Of a stretch of 62,096 nucleotides of DNA, positions 43,738-52,071 are shown piece after piece. The DNA comes from an uncultured Pelagibacteraceae bacterium (lineage in GTDB: Bacteria; Pseudomonadota; Alphaproteobacteria; Pelagibacterales; AG-422-B15): NCBI GenBank assembly GCA_905182145.1, contig CAJJAN010000005.1, positions 1-62,096 on the forward strand. The letters are read 5' to 3'. The notes under the pieces were generated by a model that was not told the origin of the DNA, made no database searches, and saw only the letters and a list, made by a program, of their open reading frames with translations. The first letter of the stretch is position 1, and the number at the start of each line of letters is the position of its first letter. The position numbers were made by a program, and so were the translations under genes.

Positions 43738-44301
43738 TTAAGTGTTCTGGCCAGGTTTCCATAAGACATCTTTTTTACCATTTCCATTTTCTACTCTTGA
43801 TAGAACAAAGAATAAATCTGACAATCTATTAACGTAAGTCATTGAAAATATGTTTATTTTTTCTTTATTGTTTAATTCAACAATCAAACTTTCAGCACGC
43901 CTAGCTACCGTACGTGCATTGTGTAAATATGACGCACTAAGAGATCCACCAGGCAAGATGAATGAGTTCAAGCTTGATAATGGTTTGTTAAATTTATCAA
44001 TGGCTTCCTCTAGTCTTGTAACTTGGTTTTTAGTAACTCTTAGTGGAGGAAATTTTGGTGATTTAGTAATTGGATTTGCAAGATCTGCTCCTAGATCAAA
44101 TAAGTCATTCTGAATTTCTGCTATCACTTTTACAAGTTTTTTAGATACATGGTGTTTAACGACACCAAGTATAGAGTTTAATTCGTCAACTGTTCCATAA
44201 GCTCTAATTCTAACATTATCTTTAGAAACTCTTTTGCCTGAAACAAGGCTTGTCTTTCCCTTATCACCAGTTTTTGTATAAATTCTAGTTAACTTTACCA
44301 T
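43738..44301 (-). CDS. ATP:cob(I)alamin adenosyltransferase, PduO type
   Basis: N-terminal IYTKTGDKGKTSL motif, 187 aa, helical-bundle pattern. Confidence 0.85.
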   Translation of the reverse strand: MVKLTRIYTKTGDKGKTSLVSGKRVSKDNVRIRAYGTVDELNSILGVVKHHVSKKLVKVIAEIQNDLFDLGADLANPITKSPKFPPLRVTKNQVTRLEEAIDKFNKPLSSLNSFILPGGSLSASYLHNARTVARRAESLIVELNNKEKINIFSMTYVNRLSDLFFVLSRVENGNGKKDVLWKPGQNT

Positions 44302-44303
44302 TT

Positions 44304-44504
44304 TTATTTAGAAGCAATATATAGAGCAGTCATTATGATCACTATGGCTAAAAATTGAAGTAAAATTCTTAAGCGCATTAGTTTATTAGAGTATTGCTTA
44401 TTAAACTTTCCACCTTTTAACATTCCAAAGATACCAGTAAAAAGAACAATAGTTACGGCAGCAATAGTGATAGGTATTAATATATAATAAAATACATTTG
44501 GCAT
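44304..44504 (-). CDS. Twin-transmembrane HIG1-domain small protein
   Basis: 66 aa with two TM helices joined by GMLKGGKF...SNKLMRLRILLQ, a pattern I recall for the HIG1 / hypoxia-induced family in alphaproteobacteria. Confidence 0.6.
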   Translation of the reverse strand: MPNVFYYILIPITIAAVTIVLFTGIFGMLKGGKFNKQYSNKLMRLRILLQFLAIVIIMTALYIASK

Positions 44505-46150
44505 TAGTTTGAAGTAAGCAATCTTCTAGCTATAACGTCAGCTTGCATTTCAGCGGCACCTTCAAAAATATTTAAAATTCTTGAGTCACATAAAAGTCTA
44601 CTGATTGGATATTCTAAAGCAAAACCATTACCGCCATGAATCTGAAGCGAATTGTCTGAAGTTGCCCATGCCACTCTTGCACCTAGAAGTTTTGCCATAC
44701 CCGCTTCTAAATCACATCTATTGCCTTTATCTTTTTCTCTTGCTGAGAAGTAAGTGAGCTGTCTAGCGGCCATTATTTCTGTAACCATTGAAGTCACTTT
44801 TGATGAAACTCTTGGAAATTCGTAAATTGATTTACCAAACTGATTTCTATCAAGAGCGTACTGCATTCCAGTTTCCATTGCAGATTGAGCAACACCAACT
44901 GCTCTTGCAGCAGTTTGAATTCTAGCAGATTCAAAAGTTTCCATTAATTGTTTAAAGCCTTTACCTTCTTCTCCACCTAATAGATTTTCACCTTTTACTT
45001 TGAATTCATCAAATGCAATTTCGTATTCTTTCATTCCTCTATAGCCTAGCACCTCTATTTCTCCTCCAGACATACCTTCACTTGGGAACATATTATCATC
45101 ATCTCCTCGTTCTTTTTCAGCCAAGAACATAGATAAGCCCTTGTAACCTTTTTCATCTGGATTTGATCTTGCTAAAAGAGTCATTAAGTCACTTCTTGCA
45201 CCATGAGTAATCCAAGTTTTATTTCCAGTTATTGAATAATCATCTCCATTTTTAACTGCACGAGTTCTTAATGAAGCCAAATCAGAGCCTGTATTAGGCT
45301 CACTGAAAACAGCAGCTGGAAGTATTTCACCAGATGCAATTTTAGGTAGCCATTTTTTCTTTTGTTCTTCAGTTCCACCAATTAATAATAATTCAGAAGA
45401 AATGTCAGTTCTTGTTCCTAATGAACCTATTCCAATATATCCACGTGCAAGCTCTTCAGTTACAACACACATAGAAAGTTTATTCATACCAAGACCACCA
45501 TACTCTTCAGGTATTGTTAATCCAAATATACCAAGTTCAGCCATTTTATTTATGACCTCCATTGGAATTAACTCATCTTTTAGGTGCCATTCGTGTGCAT
45601 ATGGAACAACATCTTCTTCAACAAATTTTTTAAATTCTTGAATAATCATTGATGATGTATCATCAAGTCCTAAATTACCAAAATTTTTACTAGAGAAGTT
45701 ATTTTGTAAAATATCTGCAAGCTTCACTCTATCAGCTGCTTCATTTCCATTAAGCATAAGATCTCTAACAGAGTTCGTGGAGAGCTCTGTTAACAATCCA
45801 TTTTTCAAACCTAAATCCTGCGGTCTTGCATACTCCAATTGTGACATGGGAATGCCATGCCACAATTGTGAAAGATACTCTGAGAATGCAAATTGCAGTA
45901 TAAGCTGTTCCGTCTCTTGGAAATTATTTTCACTCTCAAGTCGTTCTGCCCAATTCAATAATTCAGTAAGAGTAGCTTTATAAGTTGCTATCCAAGCTAA
46001 GCTATGAGCAGCATGCTGCTCTCTTGCCATTAACTGCTTAGATACTGAACCATCTTCCATCACAAGCTTCTTAACTTGTTGTTTTGCGGCGTCAGTATAC
46101 TTGTTAACAGACTGTAAAGATTCTCTGCACTTAATTAGTAAATTATCCAT
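44504..46150 (-). CDS. mcd: Acyl-CoA dehydrogenase with a long N-terminal extension; likely (2S)-methylsuccinyl-CoA dehydrogenase
   Basis: 548 aa. The ACAD core occupies the C-terminal ~380 aa (GSD.AS, IHGGNG), preceded by a ~170-aa extension as in Mcd. It lies directly downstream of ccr, with etfBA nearby. The ACAD fold is certain; the substrate is inferred. Confidence 0.65.
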   Translation of the reverse strand: MDNLLIKCRESLQSVNKYTDAAKQQVKKLVMEDGSVSKQLMAREQHAAHSLAWIATYKATLTELLNWAERLESENNFQETEQLILQFAFSEYLSQLWHGIPMSQLEYARPQDLGLKNGLLTELSTNSVRDLMLNGNEAADRVKLADILQNNFSSKNFGNLGLDDTSSMIIQEFKKFVEEDVVPYAHEWHLKDELIPMEVINKMAELGIFGLTIPEEYGGLGMNKLSMCVVTEELARGYIGIGSLGTRTDISSELLLIGGTEEQKKKWLPKIASGEILPAAVFSEPNTGSDLASLRTRAVKNGDDYSITGNKTWITHGARSDLMTLLARSNPDEKGYKGLSMFLAEKERGDDDNMFPSEGMSGGEIEVLGYRGMKEYEIAFDEFKVKGENLLGGEEGKGFKQLMETFESARIQTAARAVGVAQSAMETGMQYALDRNQFGKSIYEFPRVSSKVTSMVTEIMAARQLTYFSAREKDKGNRCDLEAGMAKLLGARVAWATSDNSLQIHGGNGFALEYPISRLLCDSRILNIFEGAAEMQADVIARRLLTSN

Positions 46151-46155
46151 AATGA

Positions 46156-47412
46156 TTATTCTTCCTTGATAGTTTTTAATCCTGTTTCAAGAGCACCAAC
46201 TAAAACTGCCATATTTCCAGCTTTATGCTCATTATTTAACATTTTTTCATGCGCAAATGGAATCTTATCCCATTCAAAAACCTCTGACATACATGGGTCA
46301 ATTGCACCATCTAAAACCAGGTTATTTGCAGCATAAGCTTGCTTTGAATTACCAAAATGCGAACCTTGAAGTCTCTTGCTATGCATCCAAAGATATCTTG
46401 CATCCAAAGTAAGATTGTATCCTGTAGTTCCAGCACAGATGACAACCATGCCACCTCTTTTTACAATAAACATAGAAACAGGCACTGTAGTTTCTCCTGG
46501 GTGTTCAAATACCATATCTACATTTTTCCCTTTTCCTGTAAACTCCCATAGAGCTTTACCAAACTTCCTAACTTCTTTCATATAATTGCCATAAGCTTCA
46601 GCATCATCAATATCAGGGTGTTCTCCCCAACAATTAAAGTTTTTTCTATTCAAAACTCCAACCGCACCTAAGCTCTTAACGTAATCAGCTTTTGAATCGT
46701 CAGATATTATACCTATTGGTTTAGCACCAACTATTTTTGCTAACTGAACTGCAAAACTTCCTAGTCCTCCAGAAGCGCCCCATACTAGAACGAACTGGCC
46801 TGGCTTAAGTTCATGCGGCGCATGCCCAAAAAGCATTCTATATGCAGTAACAAGAGTTAAGTTATAACAACCGCTTTCTTCCCATGTTAGTTGAGGTGGT
46901 TTTTTCATCAACTGGTGTGCTTGTACAGCAGTGTACTGAGCAAAAGTACCATCAGCAGTCTCATAGCCAAAAACTTTATTAGTTTCAGATAGCATTGGTT
47001 CTCCACCATTAACTTCAACATCTTCGTGATCCCATGTCATTGCGTGAATAACAACTTCATCACCAACTTTCCATTTTTTAACAGCTGAACCAACTTTCCA
47101 AACAATTCCAGAGGCATCAGAACCAGCAATATGATAATCTTTTTTTGTAACATCTAGCACTGAGATTGGTTTACCTAAACCAGCCCATACACCATTATAA
47201 TTTACTCCTGCAGCCATAACTAAAACTAGTACATCGCTGGGTCCAATTTCAGGAATACCAACTTCTTCTGATTGAAATGATTGCATTGGGTTACCATGTC
47301 TATCTTTTCTAATTACCCAAGCATGCATTTTCTTTGGAACAAAACCTAGAGGTGGAACTTCGCCAATTGCATAAATATCTTTTTCTTCTGTAGTCATTAA
47401 TATGTCTCCCAT
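46156..47412 (-). CDS. ccr: Crotonyl-CoA carboxylase/reductase
   Basis: MDR-family protein with blocks I recall from Ccr: IGE.PPLG.VPK.M.AW.IR, VLVLVMAAGVNYNGVWAG, YHIAGSDASGIVW and WGYET.DG.FAQ. Confidence 0.85.
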   Translation of the reverse strand: MGDILMTTEEKDIYAIGEVPPLGFVPKKMHAWVIRKDRHGNPMQSFQSEEVGIPEIGPSDVLVLVMAAGVNYNGVWAGLGKPISVLDVTKKDYHIAGSDASGIVWKVGSAVKKWKVGDEVVIHAMTWDHEDVEVNGGEPMLSETNKVFGYETADGTFAQYTAVQAHQLMKKPPQLTWEESGCYNLTLVTAYRMLFGHAPHELKPGQFVLVWGASGGLGSFAVQLAKIVGAKPIGIISDDSKADYVKSLGAVGVLNRKNFNCWGEHPDIDDAEAYGNYMKEVRKFGKALWEFTGKGKNVDMVFEHPGETTVPVSMFIVKRGGMVVICAGTTGYNLTLDARYLWMHSKRLQGSHFGNSKQAYAANNLVLDGAIDPCMSEVFEWDKIPFAHEKMLNNEHKAGNMAVLVGALETGLKTIKEE

Positions 47413-47448
47413 GTATGAAATTTATTCGAAATATAGCCTAATTTAATC

Positions 47449-47474
47449 TTTTTTCTAGGCTTATAGCCAGTTTG
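47449..47474. repeat. Direct repeat copy 1 in the ccr/ecm divergent intergenic region
   Basis: ttttttctaggcttatagccagtttg matches copy 2 at 24/26 positions. A third partial core, tatagcc, lies at 47432-47438. Confidence 0.75.
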
Positions 47475-47496
47475 AAAATAAATTTATATACACTTC

Positions 47497-47522
47497 TTTT
47501 TTCTCGGTTTATAGCCAGTTTG
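47497..47522. repeat. Direct repeat copy 2 in the ccr/ecm divergent intergenic region
   Basis: ttttttctcggtttatagccagtttg starts 48 nt after the start of copy 1. Confidence 0.75.
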
Positions 47523-47586
47523 TTGTTATTAATATATGAACTATAAATAAAACAAAAAAATAAAAAAACAAGCTCAAGGACTAAAA

Positions 47587-49554
47587 ATGACAGATAAACC
47601 ATGGTTAATACGTACTTACGCGGGACATTCGACTGCTAAAAAGTCAAATGAGCTATATCTAAATAATCTTTCTAAAGGGCAAACAGGCTTATCTATAGCT
47701 TTTGATTTACCTACACAAACTGGCTATGACAGTGATCACATTCTTGCTAGCGGTGAAGTTGGCAAAGTAGGAGTTCCCATAAGCCATATTGGAGATATGA
47801 GAACTTTATTAAATCAGATTCCCCTTGATCAGATGAATACCTCAATGACTATCAATGCTACTGCAGCATGGATGTTAAGTCTTTATATTGCTTTAGCCGA
47901 TGAACAGAAAGTGAATCGAAATAAGTTACAAGGAACAACTCAGAACGATATTATAAAAGAATACTTATCTCGAGGAACGCATATTTTTCCTCCAGCACCA
48001 AGTCTTAGACTTATATCCGATATGATAACTTTTACTTATACCGAATTACCAAAATGGAACCCGGTGAACATATGCTCTTATCATTTACAAGAAGTTGGAG
48101 CAAAGCCAGTACAAGAGTTAGCTTTTGCTTTGTCTACTGCTGTTGCATATTTAGATCGAGTAAAAGAGTCAGATGTACTTTCGCCAGAAGAATTTGAAAA
48201 TGTTGTTGGACGTATCAGTTTTTTTGTAAATTCTGGAATAAAGTTTGTTACAGAAATGTGCAAGATGCGTGCATTTGTAGATTTGTGGGATGAAATAACT
48301 AGAGAAAGATATGGAGTAAAAGATCCAAAAAATAGAAGATTTAGATACGGTGTTCAAGTTAATAGTTTGGGTTTAACAGAACAGCAACCTGAAAATAATG
48401 TTTATCGTATTCTTATCGAAATGATGGCAGTAGTCTTATCAAAAGATGCTCGTGCAAGAGCTGTTCAATTACCAGCTTGGAACGAAGCACTAGGATTGCC
48501 AAGACCATGGGATCAACAATGGTCACTTAGACTTCAACAAATTTTAGCTTATGAAACTGACCTTCTAGAATTTGAAGATTTATTTAATGGTTCTAAAGTT
48601 GTCGAAGAAAAAGTTGAACAAATGAAAATTGAAGCAAGAAAAGAATTTAATCATATTCAGTCAATGGGTGGAGCAGTTGTAGGTATTGAAAATAGTTATT
48701 TAAAACAAGAATTAGTTAATTCAAATAAAGAAAGAATTCAGAATATTAATGATGGTGAGCAAATAGTAGTTGGAGTAAATAAATTTATTGAGACTGAGAA
48801 TTCTCCATTAACAGCAAACGATAGTGGAATAGAATCAATAGATCCTAAAGTTGAAGCTGAACAAATTAAGGCTTTAAATGAATGGCGTCAAAATCGTGAT
48901 CAATTATTAGTTAATAAATCATTAACTGACTTAAAGTTAGCCGCAGAATCCAACACTAACATCATGCACGCTTCTATAGAAGCAGCTAAAGCTGGCGTTA
49001 CAACCGGCGAATGGACCAATGTAATGCGAGAGGTATTTGGAGAATTTAGGGCTCCTACTGGAATTACTCAAAATTTGAAAACAACGACTAATAACGACTA
49101 TTTAGAGGTTAAGAAAAGAGTTGATGCTTTATCAGAAAAAACTGGTCGAAGAATTAAGTTTTTAGTTGGTAAACCTGGATTAGATGGACACTCAAGTGGG
49201 GCTGAGCAAATTGCCGTGAGTGCCAGTGACTGTGGTATGGATGTTTTATATGAGGGAATTAGATTAACTCCGAAGCAGATTGTTAAGTCATCAGTTGAAG
49301 AAGATGTTCATATTATAGGCTTGTCAATTTTGTCTGGATCTCATATTCAGCTTGTTGGTGAAATTATGTCAGAGTTAAAAAAGAATAAAATTGATAATAT
49401 TCCATTAATTGTTGGAGGTATAATACCAATAGAAGATGAGAGAATATTAAAATCTCAAGGTGTTACTGCCGTCTACACACCTAAGGACTATCAGCTAAAA
49501 GATATTATGGCTGACATAGTTAGTATTGTTGAAAAAAATTTAAACCATAATTAA
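47587..49554 (+). CDS. ecm: Ethylmalonyl-CoA mutase (AdoCbl-dependent, fused catalytic and B12-binding domains)
   Basis: 655 aa with N-terminus KPWLIRTYAGHSTAK.SN.LY..NL.KGQTGLS.AFDLPTQTGYDSD. The C-terminal B12 domain carries GLDGHSSGAEQ (DxHxxG). It is divergent from ccr. Confidence 0.85.
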   Translation: MTDKPWLIRTYAGHSTAKKSNELYLNNLSKGQTGLSIAFDLPTQTGYDSDHILASGEVGKVGVPISHIGDMRTLLNQIPLDQMNTSMTINATAAWMLSLYIALADEQKVNRNKLQGTTQNDIIKEYLSRGTHIFPPAPSLRLISDMITFTYTELPKWNPVNICSYHLQEVGAKPVQELAFALSTAVAYLDRVKESDVLSPEEFENVVGRISFFVNSGIKFVTEMCKMRAFVDLWDEITRERYGVKDPKNRRFRYGVQVNSLGLTEQQPENNVYRILIEMMAVVLSKDARARAVQLPAWNEALGLPRPWDQQWSLRLQQILAYETDLLEFEDLFNGSKVVEEKVEQMKIEARKEFNHIQSMGGAVVGIENSYLKQELVNSNKERIQNINDGEQIVVGVNKFIETENSPLTANDSGIESIDPKVEAEQIKALNEWRQNRDQLLVNKSLTDLKLAAESNTNIMHASIEAAKAGVTTGEWTNVMREVFGEFRAPTGITQNLKTTTNNDYLEVKKRVDALSEKTGRRIKFLVGKPGLDGHSSGAEQIAVSASDCGMDVLYEGIRLTPKQIVKSSVEEDVHIIGLSILSGSHIQLVGEIMSELKKNKIDNIPLIVGGIIPIEDERILKSQGVTAVYTPKDYQLKDIMADIVSIVEKNLNHN

Positions 49555-49558
49555 AGAT

Positions 49559-50206
49559 ATGATTAGTGGACCTATTATAGAACCTTCAAGTGGAAACTCT
49601 CCAAAGCAAATGATAATTTTTGTTCATGGTTATGGTGCTGATGGTAATGATCTGATTGGTTTGGCAAATTATTTTCAAAGCACCCTACCAGAAGCAATTT
49701 TTTTATCACCTCATGCTCCTGAAGCCTGCTCAATGAATCCGTCTGGCTATCAGTGGTTTGATTTAACATCAACAGATCCAGCAGTTTTATGGAGTAAAAT
49801 TTTAGTAGCTGCAGATCATTTGAATGAGTTTATAGATAGCAAATTATTAGAATATAATATTGCTGAAGAAAATTTAGCATTAATTGGTTTTAGTCAAGGA
49901 ACAATGATGTCACTTCATGTAAGTCTACGTAGAAAAAATACAATGGCTGCAGTTCTTGGTTATTCTGGAAGATTGATTGGTGCAGATTTGCTTAAAGATG
50001 ATTTGATTTCTAAACCATCAATTTATTTAATTCATGGCGATCAAGACCCGATGGTGCCTTATCAAGAGTCTCTAACGGCTGAAAAAGTTTTAAAAGAATA
50101 TAGTATAGATATAAAAACACATATTTCTGAGCACACTCAACATTCTATTGCAGAAGATGGACTTCGTATAGGTGTTGATTTTTTAGCCTCTAAATTAAAG
50201 ATTTAA
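49559..50206 (+). CDS. Alpha/beta hydrolase, phospholipase/carboxylesterase (acyl-protein-thioesterase-like) family
   Basis: Contains FVHGYGADGNDL, the nucleophile elbow GFSQG, and HGDQDPMVP. It starts 4 nt after the ecm stop. Confidence 0.75.
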   Translation: MISGPIIEPSSGNSPKQMIIFVHGYGADGNDLIGLANYFQSTLPEAIFLSPHAPEACSMNPSGYQWFDLTSTDPAVLWSKILVAADHLNEFIDSKLLEYNIAEENLALIGFSQGTMMSLHVSLRRKNTMAAVLGYSGRLIGADLLKDDLISKPSIYLIHGDQDPMVPYQESLTAEKVLKEYSIDIKTHISEHTQHSIAEDGLRIGVDFLASKLKI

Positions 50207-50213
50207 ATAAATA

Positions 50214-50741
50214 TTATATTTTTTCGGCAACAAATACTGCTGCTTGAGTAGTCTTTCTTAAAATTTGTCTCAATATTTTATATGCAAATACTTGTTGTGA
50301 ACCATGTTCAATAGCAGTTTGTTTATGCCCTTCTTCATCCTGTTGAAATTTTTTTATTTTGCTTTGGAGTTCAGGATCTATACCCTCCAGTAGATCAATT
50401 TGATCTTGGTAGTGTTCAACAATTACTTCTTCCACAGCCTCTGTACAAGTATAAGCAGCTTTAGATCCCATAATTGCAGTGGAAAATCCAATCGCAGTTG
50501 CCCCAATTTCCCACATAGGCCCTAATATAGTAGGCCTAACATTATGCGTTTTTATCTTAGTATTAAAATAATCTAAATGTTCTTGCTCTTCCTCTGCCAT
50601 TCTTGAGATCTCTTTTACATCATCATATTTTCCTAAAAACTCAAAAACTTTTTTTTGAGCAGTGTATATTTTTTGTGCACCTAATTCACCCGCTTGATTA
50701 ACTCTAATTATTCGGGCTAACAATTTTTCTTTAGCGTTCAT
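50214..50741 (-). CDS. coq7: Demethoxyubiquinone hydroxylase (Coq7 family di-iron)
   Basis: RVNQAGELGA motif and EEQEH / DEEGH carboxylate-His iron motifs. Confidence 0.85.
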   Translation of the reverse strand: MNAKEKLLARIIRVNQAGELGAQKIYTAQKKVFEFLGKYDDVKEISRMAEEEQEHLDYFNTKIKTHNVRPTILGPMWEIGATAIGFSTAIMGSKAAYTCTEAVEEVIVEHYQDQIDLLEGIDPELQSKIKKFQQDEEGHKQTAIEHGSQQVFAYKILRQILRKTTQAAVFVAEKI

Positions 50742-51220
50742 ATCTTCTTATATAATACAAATGCATTTAAAATCAAAAGCAAAGTCATAGCTACAACATT
50801 TAATTCTGCAATTGAAATTAAATTAAATAATAAAGTTGCCTCATCACATCTAATAATTGGCGTATTCATAAGTTGTGCAGATAAAGCTTCAATATCTAAA
50901 GCAGTATTTTGGCCTGAACATTCTGTTCTACCAGTCCAAAACTTTCTTTCTATCCCGACATGATAAATCGAATAAAGGAAGCCAAAAAAAGAAGTAGCAA
51001 TAAATAGTAGTTTAATAATCAAAGTTTTCAAAATTTGATGTGAGTCTATAAATATATTTATAACTGCAAGTATTCCAATTATGTAATAGGGGTAACGCTC
51101 TTTGATACACATATCGCAAGGAGCCATATTAAAAAAATATTGAAGAATATAAACGGTCAATAGAATTAAAAAAGAGGCTACTAGATTAACTAAAATATAT
51201 TTATTTAAAATAATATTCAT
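50738..51220 (-). CDS. dsbB: Disulfide bond formation protein B family
   Basis: Four TM helices, the CDMC..ERYPYY first-loop motif and Cys residues in the second loop. Confidence 0.72.
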   Translation of the reverse strand: MNIILNKYILVNLVASFLILLTVYILQYFFNMAPCDMCIKERYPYYIIGILAVINIFIDSHQILKTLIIKLLFIATSFFGFLYSIYHVGIERKFWTGRTECSGQNTALDIEALSAQLMNTPIIRCDEATLLFNLISIAELNVVAMTLLLILNAFVLYKKI

Positions 51221-51822
51221 TACAATATAAATTTATAAGATAGGTATATCATTAAGATAACAGCGAATATGATAAATGTAATTAAGTTTAATTTTCTATC
51301 AATTATATTAATTACTTTATTGCCGTATTTCCAGACTAAGAATCCAATTAAGTAAAATCTTATACTTCTTGATAAAATTGCTGCAACTAAAAAATTCCAA
51401 AAAGGAATACCTAAAGCACCACTTGATAGGGTGATAATCTTAAAGGGTAATGGTGTAAATCCTCCAATAAATACATATATAAATCCGTATTCATTTATTT
51501 GAGCTTTAAAGTATTCAAAATTTTCTAAGTAATTATATAAATTTAAAATTGGATTTACTATCGAGTCAAAAAACAAAAGACCAAGATAATAGGCTGTAAT
51601 ACCACCTACGATGGATCCTACAAAAGAAAAAAATGCAATTTTAAATATCTTAGACCGTTCTGATAACATCATTGGTACCATAAATATTTCCTGAGGTAGG
51701 GGGAAAATTATAGCTTCAATGTAGCCAATTAAAAAAACAAAGGGCATTGCAAATTTAGTATTAGAAAAAGACTTAATTTGATTATCCATTAAATCTTTAC
51801 AGAAATTAAATATTTTTCTCAT
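51220..51822 (-). CDS. YqaA/DedA (SNARE-associated) family membrane protein
   Basis: Hydrophobic protein with the E..IFPLP.E motif. The start is uncertain: ATG 51822 is chosen, ATG 51789 and GTG 51888 are also possible. Confidence 0.6.
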   Translation of the reverse strand: MRKIFNFCKDLMDNQIKSFSNTKFAMPFVFLIGYIEAIIFPLPQEIFMVPMMLSERSKIFKIAFFSFVGSIVGGITAYYLGLLFFDSIVNPILNLYNYLENFEYFKAQINEYGFIYVFIGGFTPLPFKIITLSSGALGIPFWNFLVAAILSRSIRFYLIGFLVWKYGNKVINIIDRKLNLITFIIFAVILMIYLSYKFIL

Positions 51823-51969
51823 AGTTACTATCACTTTCTTAGAAACTAATACTACATCCACGTTGCAAATAAAACTATGCTTATCCACCTGGTAATTATT
51901 ATATGTTTATGAACTTAATTATTTGAAACTCTTCCAAATTAGTCATAGTTTACGGATAATTATATAGTT

Positions 51970-52054
51970 GGGGGTATGGCGGAATTGGTAGACGCGCCAG
52001 ACTCAAAATCTGGTGACTTCGGTCGTCTCGGTTCGACTCCGAGTATCCCCACCA
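51970..52054 (+). tRNA. tRNA-Leu (anticodon CAA), class II with a long variable arm and encoded CCA
   Basis: Acceptor stem gggggta/tatcccc. Anticodon stem ccaga/tctgg with loop ctCAAaa. Variable arm tgacttcggtcgtc. T arm ctcgg-ttcgact-ccgag. The 3' end is a-cca. Confidence 0.9.
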
Positions 52055-52071
52055 AAACTAAAGTTCAAAAA

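Noticed and set aside
47413-47586. A cobalamin riboswitch upstream of the B12-dependent ecm.
   Set aside because: There is no B12-box-like element (GCCACTG-type core) and no extended GC-containing helices. The only notable structure is the pair of direct repeats, reported separately.
51976-52071. The N-terminal 32 codons of ORF 51976-53481 (MAELVDAPDSKSGDFGRLGSTPSIPTKTKVQK).
   Set aside because: This segment is a read-through translation of the tRNA-Leu(CAA) gene (51970-52054). The real pabB start is ATG 52072.
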